Source of the DNA: a virus
Taxonomy: Duplodnaviria; Caudoviricetes
Reading direction: 5' to 3' (one strand)
DNA length: 64,000 nucleotides
Virus record (IMG/VR): IMGVR_UViG_3300026549_000034
Span: 1 to 64,000 of that record
Shown here: piece by piece, positions 1-9,859 of the stretch
Layout of the letters: each line of letters begins with the position of its first letter
Numbering within the stretch: position 1 is the first letter of the stretch
Translations under genes and position numbers: made by a program
Notes under the pieces: model-generated
Database searches by the model: none
The model's input: the letters and a program-made list of their open reading frames with translations, nothing else
Told to the model about the DNA's origin: nothing

Positions 1-731
1 ACAGAAAATATAGGACATCCTTTTTGGTCTCTATTATACATTGGATTGTTCATAATAAATAAGAACAATTGATAAGTCATAATGCATACTTTTGCTTTTA
101 TAGCTTTTTTACGAGCTTTAACGTATTCGCAAGTATATGCACATTGGTATCCTAAATTTTCACATGTTGTAGGATTAAATAATGCAGCCCATGAAATACC
201 TGACATTCTACAGTCAGCATTTTTCATATCCTCGCCATTTATAGTACATTTATAATTTCCAGATTGTCCTTTAAGAGCGGCTATTCCAGTCCTTTTATGT
301 TTCTTAATGAATGATTCATATTGTTCCCATAAAAACAAATCAGATACTAAGATATAAGAAGTAATGTTAAAGTAATCTGCAAGTACACCTGCAGATATTA
401 TATTGATTAATGATTTTCCTGATCCTGTAGGCGCTTCAACAATATAATTTTGATAATTATGGTAAATAATATTCTTTATAATTCTAAATATGCATTCCTT
501 TTGATGTTCTCTAAATTTAAAATTCTTATCAATTCTACTATATACCCATTCATCTATATAACTTAAAATTTGCTTATCATTATATTCTGGTTTTCCATCA
601 ATTTCATCATCACTATCTTCATAACTATTTTCATAACTATTTTCATAATTATCTAAATGTTCCAATAGTGTTTTGTTAAATTCATCTAATTCTTTTATAT
701 TAACATCCTTTATATCTTTTGAATCATTCAT
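1..731 (-). CDS. SF2 DinG/XPD-like helicase, N-terminal part (runs off the window start)
   Basis: Manual translation from ATG at 731: Q-motif FKFREHQ, Walker A IVEAPTGSGKS, LKGQxxNYxC and further Cys residues typical of the Fe-S region. Confidence 0.8.
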   Translation of the reverse strand, partial: MNDSKDIKDVNIKELDEFNKTLLEHLDNYENSYENSYEDSDDEIDGKPEYNDKQILSYIDEWVYSRIDKNFKFREHQKECIFRIIKNIIYHNYQNYIVEAPTGSGKSLINIISAGVLADYFNITSYILVSDLFLWEQYESFIKKHKRTGIAALKGQSGNYKCTINGEDMKNADCRMSGISWAALFNPTTCENLGYQCAYTCEYVKARKKAIKAKVCIMTYQLFLFIMNNPMYNRDQKGCPIFS

Positions 732-818
732 GTTATTCGTACTTAAAAATTTTGTTAATATTATAAAATAGTATAAATTAATGTATTTTTTAATGATTTA
801 TCATCTATAATTGTAATC

Positions 819-848
819 TTTAAATTATTCTTAATCTATAACTATATT
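819..848 (+). promoter_or_regulatory. putative phage promoter TTTAAAT-N16-CTATATT
   Basis: Bipartite motif with fixed 16-17 nt spacer, recurring upstream of many + strand genes. Confidence 0.6.
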
Positions 849-871
849 AAAATATCTAAAAATTAAAAGTT

Positions 872-1270
872 ATGAGTAGTATACCAGTATCAATGATTAA
901 TGAAGTAATCAATTGTAAAAAATCTTGTAATGAAGATTTATATGTAGGACTATGCGGTACTAAATTTGTTGGTTCTGATTGTTATCCTGTAGTAATTACT
1001 GAAATAATATCTCCAAAGGTTGTTCGTGTGGCTAATATGTCTGATAATGATTATAATAGCAATAGGTATCATGAATCTAACGGAAATGAATCTATATTCA
1101 ATATGGGCGATTATATTTGTATAAATAAAGAACGAACAAAAATTGTTGTTAAAGGTGAAATTTATAAATTACGTAAAAACAATAGATGGGTTGAAGAAGG
1201 TCATGGGCTTTGGGAAACTGGCGGTGTTCATTTTGGTAAAGCAGAATTATATTTAGATCCTTCCTTCTAA
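872..1270 (+). CDS. hypothetical phage protein
   Basis: 132 aa ORF behind promoter motif. Confidence 0.75.
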   Translation: MSSIPVSMINEVINCKKSCNEDLYVGLCGTKFVGSDCYPVVITEIISPKVVRVANMSDNDYNSNRYHESNGNESIFNMGDYICINKERTKIVVKGEIYKLRKNNRWVEEGHGLWETGGVHFGKAELYLDPSF

Positions 1271-1301
1271 CATTTACAAAAAATATTATTTAAATTTATT
1301 T

Positions 1302-1457
1302 ATGAAGTGTAGATCAAAGTTTAATCATGATCAAATATATAACTATGAAATAATAACATCTGAAAAGGTAAAAATATTTAAAGACGATTTTAAAATATAT
1401 ATTAGTCAAAAAATGTTTAATGATATATTTGAACCAGTGATTGATTTTGAAGAATAA
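1302..1457 (+). CDS. small hypothetical protein (51 aa)
   Basis: Manual ORF MKCRSKFNHD...IDFEE filling the gap. Confidence 0.5.
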   Translation: MKCRSKFNHDQIYNYEIITSEKVKIFKDDFKIYISQKMFNDIFEPVIDFEE

Positions 1458-1467
1458 TTAAATATTA

Positions 1468-1497
1468 TTTGAATTTTTTAATAATAGATTCTATATT
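1468..1497 (+). promoter_or_regulatory. putative phage promoter, now separated from its gene by the IS
   Basis: TTTGAAT-N16-CTATATT directly abutting the IS end. Confidence 0.55.
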
Positions 1498-1503
1498 TGT
1501 GAA

Positions 1504-2787
1504 CTAACACAATGCTAAAGACATTGTATCTTCCTGCTTAGTAAGTTTGCTTACAAATTTGTTATAAGAAAGCTTTACAGGCCCTTTTATACTTGTTTGA
1601 TTAGTTCCTAACCTATCAAGTTTATTATATTGAAGGTAGAAATATATCATGTTATTAGCAGCATGAATATCTCTATCTTCTTTTTGTCTGCAGTTTGGAC
1701 ATTCAAATATTCTGTCTTTCAGTTCTAATTCTACTTTAGTACCACAATTAGAGCAATATTTAGTTGTTGGGAACCATTTGTCTAACACATTGACTTTATC
1801 TGAGTACATGAGCTTAGATTTTATTCTTCCAAGCACAGAGTGTTGTACTTTAGATCCAGACAACCCATCTTGTCTCCATTCACTTATCTGTTCATCTTGT
1901 ATGACTATTATTTTGTTGTCACTTAGAATTGAATGTACTATCTTATTTGATATGTCATTCTTCTTGTTGTTTATATGGATATACTCTTTTCTAATTTGCT
2001 TAATAGTCTTATACCTGTTGTTTGAGCCTTTTGTCTGTCTTGCAAGCTTAGCTTGAAGTCTCTTAAGTTTCTCACTTTCTCCAACAGATATGTCATATTT
2101 AGTTCCATTAGAAAGAATCAAAGTAGTAGACACCCCCATATCAATGCCTACTATGTCATTTTTGTATTGTTTGTCTATATTGTCTTTGTCTATAAAACAA
2201 GTCAATGAAATATAATAGTCATTTCCATCATAAAGAAGATTTGCTGTTGTAAATTCTATGTTTTTGTCTTTGAATTTATCTAATTGATTTAATCCATTCA
2301 CAATAATAGGTTTCTTGATTCCCTGAAGTTTAATCTTATTCTTGCTTCTTATATCATGTGTTACACCATACTGTTTGAACTTAAGTGAATTTACTTCAGA
2401 CTTGAATTTAAGTTTACCTACATTTAGTCCAGATTTTTTTAGTTGAGCTAATCCTTTTATCTGATCTTGTATTTGCTTAATTAGTTGTTGCCTTGTAGAT
2501 GCTGATATATAGTGTAGTGTTGTATCTATATCTAATCCATTCTTGTCTTTTCTTGTAATTACTTTCAAGTCTTTGTCTGTAATAGAATATGCACTATCAG
2601 TTGATATAATATAATTATAAATCCACTTTGCTTCAACTAAAAGCATTTTAAGTCCTTCTTTTTGACTACAATTTAATCTTGATTTATCAACTTTAAACTT
2701 AAATGTCTTGCATATCTGACTATTACGTTTAAGCAATGTTAAACGCATTGTCTCAGCTATTTGCTTGTTCTTTTTTGTGTTTGACAT
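1504..2787 (-). CDS. tnpB: TnpB RNA-guided nuclease-family protein
   Basis: GIDMG (RuvC-I), CSNCG...CPNC zinc ribbon, DRDIHAANN (RuvC-III); RuvC-II reads IQDEQ. Confidence 0.92.
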   Translation of the reverse strand: MSNTKKNKQIAETMRLTLLKRNSQICKTFKFKVDKSRLNCSQKEGLKMLLVEAKWIYNYIISTDSAYSITDKDLKVITRKDKNGLDIDTTLHYISASTRQQLIKQIQDQIKGLAQLKKSGLNVGKLKFKSEVNSLKFKQYGVTHDIRSKNKIKLQGIKKPIIVNGLNQLDKFKDKNIEFTTANLLYDGNDYYISLTCFIDKDNIDKQYKNDIVGIDMGVSTTLILSNGTKYDISVGESEKLKRLQAKLARQTKGSNNRYKTIKQIRKEYIHINNKKNDISNKIVHSILSDNKIIVIQDEQISEWRQDGLSGSKVQHSVLGRIKSKLMYSDKVNVLDKWFPTTKYCSNCGTKVELELKDRIFECPNCRQKEDRDIHAANNMIYFYLQYNKLDRLGTNQTSIKGPVKLSYNKFVSKLTKQEDTMSLALC

Positions 2788-2816
2788 TTAAATTTAAATT
2801 AATATTTATCTATATT
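2787..2816 (+). promoter_or_regulatory. outward-facing phage-type promoter inside the IS left end
   Basis: TTTAAAT-N16-CTATATT pointing to the RNA ligase gene. Confidence 0.5.
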
Positions 2817-2955
2817 TAATAATAATATTTTTACATTAAAAAGTAAAAAAAAAAAAACAAGAAAAATAAATAGAAGTCAATTCACACACAATACTAAAGA
2901 TATTGTATCTATCTTGACTTAATTTTTGTATATATAATTTTAAAAAATAAATAAA

Positions 2956-3780
2956 ATGGGAAAGCAAAAACGTAGCGAGAACACTTATCAGAAGATTAAT
3001 ACTATCTTCATGAGAGATGCTAAGAATGTAATTATGCCTTATGAGCCTTTTGTAAAGCCAGAGTTTGAGTATCTTCGTGGTCTTAAGTGGCGTGGAGAGG
3101 AGAAAGTGGATGGAACTTCTATGCGTATTGAGGTCACTAAAACACCAATTTGGGATGGCGGTACTGTTGGTGGAACATTAAATGGTGTAGAATTTAAGGT
3201 TCGTATCGCCGGTAAGACTGATAATGCACAGATTCCTAAGAACTTGTTGAAGCATATGCAAGAGAAATATCCCAATGAAAAGGTATATACAGCTCTTGGT
3301 CTTAAGGAGTTTATTCCTGTAGAAGAATGGGAAGATCATAAGTGGAATTCTTATGAAGATATCCCCAATATCTATACTATCTATGGGGAAGGCTATGGTG
3401 AAGGAATTCAGTCTGGTGGGTGGTATATCAAAGGTGGAAATGAGTTTATTGTATTTGATGTAAAGGTTAATAATCTTTATCTTAAGACAGAAGCTCGTGA
3501 TGATATTGCTACTAAGCTTGGTGCTCCTATTGTTCCTCTTAAGGGTTACTTTACTCTTGACGAAGCAATTGATTATGTTCGTAAGGGATTCCGTTCAGAG
3601 GTTGCTGAAAATCCTGAAGCAAAGATGGCTGAAGGTCTTGTTCTTCGTACTGATCTTGGTCTTTGTGATAGAATGGGAGAACGTTTGATTGTTAAAATTA
3701 AATATGAGGACTTCCAGAAATATAGAGCAGTATATGGAACTGATGATAAGGTTGAACAGCAAAGAAATGATCATTATTAA
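2956..3780 (+). CDS. ATP-dependent RNA ligase (Rnl2-like nucleotidyltransferase)
   Basis: Motifs EKVDG, YGEGYG, FIVFDV, EGLV, KIK. Confidence 0.85.
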   Translation: MGKQKRSENTYQKINTIFMRDAKNVIMPYEPFVKPEFEYLRGLKWRGEEKVDGTSMRIEVTKTPIWDGGTVGGTLNGVEFKVRIAGKTDNAQIPKNLLKHMQEKYPNEKVYTALGLKEFIPVEEWEDHKWNSYEDIPNIYTIYGEGYGEGIQSGGWYIKGGNEFIVFDVKVNNLYLKTEARDDIATKLGAPIVPLKGYFTLDEAIDYVRKGFRSEVAENPEAKMAEGLVLRTDLGLCDRMGERLIVKIKYEDFQKYRAVYGTDDKVEQQRNDHY

Positions 3781-3785
3781 TATAT

Positions 3786-4196
3786 ATGAAATATCATTTT
3801 CCTAATACTAATAATAATGAATGGATTGACAAATACAATAAACTGGTAGATGAAGTTGCATCAAAGGAAGATTATTATAAGGAATATAAGAAACATCAAT
3901 CAAAAAGAGATGACAAACATTGGGAAAATTATACATTAGAACATGTTGGAATTCATCATATAATACCAAAGAAGATTGATATGACTTTACTTAAAGATAA
4001 AAACAATCTTCTTTATGTTCCATTAAAATATCATTTAGAACTTCATTACTATCTTTGGAAAGCCGATCCTAAATATGCTTCACATTTTTGGTTTATATGT
4101 ATTGCTGCTAGAAAAATGAAATTATGGGATTTGCCTGGAGGTGAAAATGAATATAGACAATTAGCGAAAGATACTGCATTATCAAGAAAGAAATAA
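3786..4196 (+). CDS. HNH-like endonuclease domain protein
   Basis: HHIIPK...NNL...HLELH pattern. Confidence 0.6.
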   Translation: MKYHFPNTNNNEWIDKYNKLVDEVASKEDYYKEYKKHQSKRDDKHWENYTLEHVGIHHIIPKKIDMTLLKDKNNLLYVPLKYHLELHYYLWKADPKYASHFWFICIAARKMKLWDLPGGENEYRQLAKDTALSRKK

Positions 4197-4226
4197 ATTA
4201 TTTAATTGAAATATAATAATATAATA

Positions 4227-4454
4227 ATGAGTAAACAATCAGTTATTACAGTAGATGGTTATATCGTAGATGTTTATCCTAATACATTATTTAAAGTTGA
4301 AATTGAAAATGGTCATACATTGTTATGCCATATATCAGGAAAAATTAGAACAAATAATATTAGAATAATTGTCGGTGATAAGGTTAAAGTTGAAATGTCA
4401 CCTTACGATATGAGTAAAGGAAGAATTTGTTATCGATATAAAGATGCAAATTAA
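4227..4454 (+). CDS. infA: translation initiation factor IF-1
   Basis: [49 protein letters not shown]. Confidence 0.95.
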   Translation: MSKQSVITVDGYIVDVYPNTLFKVEIENGHTLLCHISGKIRTNNIRIIVGDKVKVEMSPYDMSKGRICYRYKDAN

Positions 4455-4460
4455 ATTAAA

Positions 4461-4490
4461 AAAAGAGAGAATTTCGAAATTCTCTCTTTT
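4461..4490. terminator. bidirectional intrinsic terminator
   Basis: Perfect palindrome AAAAGAGAGAATTTC/GAAATTCTCTCTTTT between convergent genes. Confidence 0.8.
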
Positions 4491-4496
4491 ATTGTT

Positions 4497-4784
4497 TTAT
4501 ATTTTAGGCATTGATATAGTAGGCATTTTTGGCATTGTCATTCCCGGCATATTGTTTCTCATTGAATTCATCATTCTATTAGGATTAATATTACCAAGAC
4601 TACTATATTGCTTTTCTTGTTCTTTCTGTTTCTTTTCTTGTTCTTTTTGTACTATATTAATTTCCTCAAGTATTTGTTCATACGTATAAAATGGCATTCT
4701 ATCAATCTCACTTGGTTGAACATTCCATTCTTTACATATAAATAGTTTATTTCGTACCAAACTTGCGGTGTTTATTAGGAACAT
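4497..4784 (-). CDS. baseplate hub/tail assembly chaperone-like small protein (T4 gp51-like)
   Basis: W..QPSEIDRMPFY..E motif; follows the gp26-like gene. Confidence 0.5.
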   Translation of the reverse strand: MFLINTASLVRNKLFICKEWNVQPSEIDRMPFYTYEQILEEINIVQKEQEKKQKEQEKQYSSLGNINPNRMMNSMRNNMPGMTMPKMPTISMPKI

Positions 4785-5835
4785 TGAAAAGATCAGCGAC
4801 GTTATTTGGAAATCGAATATTAGCAGTGACCTCCTCACCACAAACTTCGCACTTAGCAACTAACTTCTGACTTGGTGTTACAGCAATATTTCTAATTACT
4901 TCATTCATAAATGTAAACATTTCCATATCCCAACTATTGAACTTTATTTGGGCATCTTTAATTTGCTTCTTTGCTACATCCATGTCTTTAGAAATCTTAG
5001 GCAACATCCAAGGAAGGAATCTTAAGAATGTCTGATCAAACTTACGATTAGGATTCTCTTGAGTACGTTGAATCATCCAGGTCTTCATATTTGCATCCTT
5101 TTCAAGTGTTGGCAAATATAATCTAATTGTATTTGCTTCAACTTCATACTCTGTAGGATCAATTATCCATGTTCTAGTATTTACATCGTAGTATTTAATG
5201 ATATCTTCATCAGGGAATTCATACATTAATGAACTAGAAGTAAGCTCAAATTCTACAGGATTATCACATTCAGGACAATCTTCAGTATAGTTTAGCTTAT
5301 GCTCACCTTGAACAAATGTATATTCTCTAATTAATAGTAAGAAATAAAATCTATCCCATGTATTAATATTGCCCCAAGGAATTTGGCCTGTAGGTGTTAT
5401 AATACTTAGACAAGACTTAAGTACTTCATTAAATACATCATCAATAACAAGGATATTGTTTTCATCAATATTAGACCAGTTACGAATTGCTTCAACTGTT
5501 GCTGGACGTATTCTAAACTGCCATTCTTCAGGATAGAAATATGAACGTAATCCCATGATACTGCGATCTACAGGAATCCATCCTTCACGCATTTCTGCAT
5601 TTTTAAAAATATTATCTCCTGTTTTCGATACATGATTAGCTTTATCAAAACTTGCAGACTCTTGTTTTTCCTCATCAGTCAATAAAGAACTTCTATCACC
5701 AGGCAAACGTGATAATTTTTGACCTGCTAATGGATTATTTTGTTTCTTCTTTGGCTTTGATTCTTCTTGAGATGCTTCTGGAATTTGATTAGCTAATACA
5801 TTTTCAATTAATTGATCATCTGTAATTTCTTTCAT
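4747..5835 (-). CDS. baseplate hub assembly protein (T4 gp26-like)
   Basis: IRPAT, DRFYFLLLIRE, CPEC and C-terminal CEVCG motifs. Confidence 0.6.
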   Translation of the reverse strand: MKEITDDQLIENVLANQIPEASQEESKPKKKQNNPLAGQKLSRLPGDRSSLLTDEEKQESASFDKANHVSKTGDNIFKNAEMREGWIPVDRSIMGLRSYFYPEEWQFRIRPATVEAIRNWSNIDENNILVIDDVFNEVLKSCLSIITPTGQIPWGNINTWDRFYFLLLIREYTFVQGEHKLNYTEDCPECDNPVEFELTSSSLMYEFPDEDIIKYYDVNTRTWIIDPTEYEVEANTIRLYLPTLEKDANMKTWMIQRTQENPNRKFDQTFLRFLPWMLPKISKDMDVAKKQIKDAQIKFNSWDMEMFTFMNEVIRNIAVTPSQKLVAKCEVCGEEVTANIRFPNNVADLFNVPNKHRKFGTK

Positions 5836-5906
5836 AAAAAATTTGCCTTATATATTTTTTCTTTATATATAAAAATATTTTTGTTTTTTAAAAAACATAT
5901 ATAAAA

Positions 5907-7610
5907 TTAAAAAATTTGTTCATATTTAGAACATTTTATCAATACTTCATTATCTTCTTTCTTTACTTTATATATCATTTTTCTATTTTCAAGTCGCACA
6001 CGTATTTTATGGTTAAACATATCATCTGCCATGTCTGAATGATTTACAATAAATACTGATTTATCTTTAGACATTGTTTCATTTAATAATGCTAACATAA
6101 TATTACGAGTATCAGTATCCATATTTGACATTAATTCATCTAAGAATAAAATATTTACATCAATTGTTGATATGATATTTTGAAGTATACCGAATATAAT
6201 AGCAAGATCTAATGTTTTCTTTTGACCTGTACTTAAACTTGTATATGGTATTTCTTTGTCACATGAATCAACAAAAATATGAGCTTTAAATTCTTGATCA
6301 TATTTAATTTGATATGATTGATCTAATTTATTTATAAAAAATTGAATTGATTTGTTAATATGAGGAATAAGTGTTTCAAGAAGATTATAACGTAATGTTT
6401 TTGTAAACAATACATTCATATCATCCCATTCATTTATTTCTGCATTTGACTTATCAAGTTTTTCTTTTATTTCTGCCAATTTAACATTTAATTCATTAAT
6501 TAAATTATCATAATTTTCCTGAATTAATTGAATACTATCATTATAAGAACGAATTTCAATATCTATTTTAGAAATATCTTTTCTTAGCATATCCATCTTA
6601 TCGTCATATGACAATAATAATGCTTTTGCGCTTTGTATATATTGCTCTTTTTCATTTTCTTTTATGTTCTTTAATGCATCTTGTTCTTTATATATATTAG
6701 CATATTCAATCATTTTATTCTTATATGATTCAATATCTTCTTTATCAATTGGCTTACCGCATGTAGGACAAATACCTGACTTAAATGTATTATAGTTATT
6801 TTTTGCTTGTTTGCCTAATGTTATTGTTTCTGTTATTTTTGCTTGTATTTGTCGTATTTCAGCATCATATTCTTTTACTTTTTTATCTCTATTTGTCTTT
6901 TGATCTTCCTTTTCCTTTTTTAATGCAACACCTTTTGCAACTAAATCATTACGTCGTTTGTTTAAGCTATCAATATTTACTGTTTCCTTAAATTGATTAG
7001 TTTGATTTGTCTGTTTTTGCTGTAAGTTCTCAATTTGATTTAAAGTATCTTGATATAATGCTTGAAATTTTATATTTTCATTTTGTTGATTCTTGCGTTC
7101 AATCATTATTTGATCATTATATTCACTAAATAACTTAAAACCAAATACATCATCTAGAAATGTCTTTATTTCATAAGGATTCATATTAGCTAATGAATTG
7201 AATTGATTGAATGAAATAATACACATTTTCATTATAGCTAATTTAGGTGCATCAAACAATTCTTCCTCAAGTATCTGTTGGGTGTCTCTTTTATTGGATG
7301 CCGCTAACAGTTTTCCATTTACTTCAACAATTAAAGGCTCTTTCATATTACGAATAATATGAATTTCCTTTTCTTTTGAAGTAATATTCATTTGCACCTC
7401 ACATGTCTTTTCATTCCAAGAAATAAGATTTGAATTATTTTGATCTTTTACTTTACCAAACAAACCATATATAATTGCTTCTGCTAAAGATGTTTTTCCA
7501 CTACCAATAGGACCACTTAATTTTATCAATCCTTTACATTTGTCAAAGTCAAAATAATGTCTTCCATATAATGACTTAAAATTTTCTATTTGTATGTTAT
7601 GTATTATCAT
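5907..7610 (-). CDS. Rad50/SbcC-like recombination ATPase (T4 gp46-like)
   Basis: GPIGSGKTS, coiled coil with CPTC hook, LSTGQ signature, LFLDE, NH. Confidence 0.93.
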   Translation of the reverse strand: MIIHNIQIENFKSLYGRHYFDFDKCKGLIKLSGPIGSGKTSLAEAIIYGLFGKVKDQNNSNLISWNEKTCEVQMNITSKEKEIHIIRNMKEPLIVEVNGKLLAASNKRDTQQILEEELFDAPKLAIMKMCIISFNQFNSLANMNPYEIKTFLDDVFGFKLFSEYNDQIMIERKNQQNENIKFQALYQDTLNQIENLQQKQTNQTNQFKETVNIDSLNKRRNDLVAKGVALKKEKEDQKTNRDKKVKEYDAEIRQIQAKITETITLGKQAKNNYNTFKSGICPTCGKPIDKEDIESYKNKMIEYANIYKEQDALKNIKENEKEQYIQSAKALLLSYDDKMDMLRKDISKIDIEIRSYNDSIQLIQENYDNLINELNVKLAEIKEKLDKSNAEINEWDDMNVLFTKTLRYNLLETLIPHINKSIQFFINKLDQSYQIKYDQEFKAHIFVDSCDKEIPYTSLSTGQKKTLDLAIIFGILQNIISTIDVNILFLDELMSNMDTDTRNIMLALLNETMSKDKSVFIVNHSDMADDMFNHKIRVRLENRKMIYKVKKEDNEVLIKCSKYEQIF

Positions 7611-8633
7611 TTATACTTGATTAATCTTATTTTTTATAAATGTGTATTTATCATTTAAATATGCAGGTATGTTACTTTCAATATATGACTCAATATTACT
7701 ATTGAATGATGCTACTGATAATGTTGTAAGATTAGTATCTTCATCAATGATATGTAGTCTTATATTAGAATTTATATATGTTGTCTTAAGATTATTGATT
7801 TGTTCTACATATTTAGCTTTTTTGATGTTATTTGATGAAATACACAATTGTACATATGAATTATTGAATTTTTCATCAGTTACTTCAAAAATCTCATCAT
7901 TATATAATCTTATAAATTTTGGTGTAACATTATTCTTTATTCTATCTACAATTCGATAATTTTCTAGTATATACAAATACTTATCCATATTTACATCATT
8001 AAAAGTAAAAGAACAAGCAGACCCAATATTATATAAATTTGCTGTAGGATCCATATATTCATAATGTATATGACCAGAATAAATGGGAACACCCTTAAAA
8101 GCTGCTATTCTTGCTCCTGGCCAAGCACTTAGATCAGTATGACAAAATATTTCCTTTACTTCTTCATTAAAGTTATAATTGTATAGTATTTCATCAATAT
8201 GTGAATCATTATCTGTCCAATACCAAGGTAAAAATAATGCACCGTCTTCAGTTATATATGGATCATTACTTACAACTGTTAAGTTTTTATGTATTTGTAA
8301 AAATTCTTCACCAAACATAAGTTCATAAGAATTATATATAGCAAATTCTTCTAATGGTGAATAATAATCATGATTTCCAGCAACAATAATAAAATGAATA
8401 TTAGGAAATTGATTAAGCAAATTTCTAAAAATATTTTTAACTTCTATACCAACTTGTTGATTTATTGAATATCTAATATCAGTTATATCACCTAAAAATA
8501 TACATCTATCAAAATTACCTTCTTCTAATGTTGGAATTATTTGTTTATTAAAAAATTCAATTTGTAGTTCTAACCATGATAAAGAATTATTTTTGATTCC
8601 AAAATGTAAATCACCAATAATTAGTTCTTTCAT
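7611..8633 (-). CDS. Mre11/SbcD-like nuclease (T4 gp47-like)
   Basis: GDLHFG, LGD, GNHD, GHIH motifs; start reassigned to ATG at 8633. Confidence 0.92.
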   Translation of the reverse strand: MKELIIGDLHFGIKNNSLSWLELQIEFFNKQIIPTLEEGNFDRCIFLGDITDIRYSINQQVGIEVKNIFRNLLNQFPNIHFIIVAGNHDYYSPLEEFAIYNSYELMFGEEFLQIHKNLTVVSNDPYITEDGALFLPWYWTDNDSHIDEILYNYNFNEEVKEIFCHTDLSAWPGARIAAFKGVPIYSGHIHYEYMDPTANLYNIGSACSFTFNDVNMDKYLYILENYRIVDRIKNNVTPKFIRLYNDEIFEVTDEKFNNSYVQLCISSNNIKKAKYVEQINNLKTTYINSNIRLHIIDEDTNLTTLSVASFNSNIESYIESNIPAYLNDKYTFIKNKINQV

Positions 8634-8722
8634 TAAAGTATGATAAACAAAATATATTTTTAATAAAAATAGAAATATTTTTCTTATCAATTTAACAAAA
8701 TTATAAACTAAATTAATAATAT

Positions 8723-9163
8723 ATGCCAATGCCTTCAGAAGGCGGTTCAACACCTGCCGCCACAGTAGATATAACACCAATAGTTAATGAATTAAAAAAT
8801 ATAAATAATGAACTAATTAATTTAAATTATAAAGAATATGATTTATATCTTTCAAAAGATTCATATATTAAAGATATTGCTGGTAAATTATTTTCTAATG
8901 TTTCATTTGATACTGATAGAAGACCTTATAAAGAAATAGCACATGAATGTATTGAAAAGGCTACAATATTAGCAAATTATTTATATACTACATCGGTTTC
9001 CTCATCAATAATTTATGGACCTGATTCAATTGAAGGAAAGCAAACTGAACGACCTAATTATGTATCAAGGAAGCAAAATAATAAGTCAACAATTGCTTAT
9101 ATTGAATTAGTTATTAGACAAAATGAAAAATCAGACCCATATTATTTCTATGTTAAACTTTAA
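8723..9163 (+). CDS. hypothetical protein
   Basis: 146 aa ORF. Confidence 0.7.
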   Translation: MPMPSEGGSTPAATVDITPIVNELKNINNELINLNYKEYDLYLSKDSYIKDIAGKLFSNVSFDTDRRPYKEIAHECIEKATILANYLYTTSVSSSIIYGPDSIEGKQTERPNYVSRKQNNKSTIAYIELVIRQNEKSDPYYFYVKL

Positions 9164-9241
9164 ATATTTTCATATTGAATATCTATTTTGATATAAATTT
9201 TATAGTTTAAATAATTTATTAATTTTATAATACAACAAAAA

Positions 9242-9829
9242 ATGGATAAAATAAAGTTTAATGTTAATCATTTATATTTAACGACTTCAGTATTTAAAGA
9301 ATCATTAATATATAAATTAAATAGTATTATAGTTAACAATACTACAATTAATGATTTGACAGAATTTTTGGGATATGGTATAATTACATTCGATGATAAT
9401 AAACATGAAACATGGGATGTAGAAGTATTTGATAAGTTTACACGTGGAAAGATAAATGCAATTGTATATAAAGTCAAGGAAGATGAATCTTTAAATCCGT
9501 ATAAGTATGATTATTTAGTAGTTTTTTATAATAATACCAAGGGCTATGAATCTTATGGATATGTATGGGTAGACACTAATAAGCAAAAAACTATACTACG
9601 ATTTTGCTTAGAGTATATAGATTCTATTATACCTCAACATATAATGCAAGATATTAATAGCTGGAAAAATTATATTATATATGAATTATACAATAAGCCT
9701 AATCTTACATTCGGTGAATATAAGAAAGGTATGAATGAATACTATTTGAAAAACAAAGGATGTACTTATGATGAATACCATGATTTTAATAAATGTAATC
9801 GTCGTTGTACAGTTGATATATGTTATTAG
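9242..9829 (+). CDS. hypothetical protein
   Basis: 195 aa ORF after promoter motif at 9159-9189. Confidence 0.7.
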   Translation: MDKIKFNVNHLYLTTSVFKESLIYKLNSIIVNNTTINDLTEFLGYGIITFDDNKHETWDVEVFDKFTRGKINAIVYKVKEDESLNPYKYDYLVVFYNNTKGYESYGYVWVDTNKQKTILRFCLEYIDSIIPQHIMQDINSWKNYIIYELYNKPNLTFGEYKKGMNEYYLKNKGCTYDEYHDFNKCNRRCTVDICY

Positions 9830-9859
9830 TATAACAAATATATTTAAAAACTTATAATT

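Larger units (their letters stand above)
1499..2920 (-). mobile_element. IS200/IS605-family tnpB-only (IS1341-like) element
   Basis: tnpB bracketed by two near-identical subterminal hairpins (GATACAATGTCTTTAGCATTGTGT and GATACAATATCTTTAGTATTGTGT on - strand); right end finishes TTCAC; left boundary uncertain by a few nt; no tnpA. Confidence 0.85.

Noticed and set aside
4747-4859. Programmed frameshift joining the gp26-like and gp51-like ORFs
   Set aside because: The downstream ORF has its own ATG at 4784 and no clear slippery heptamer
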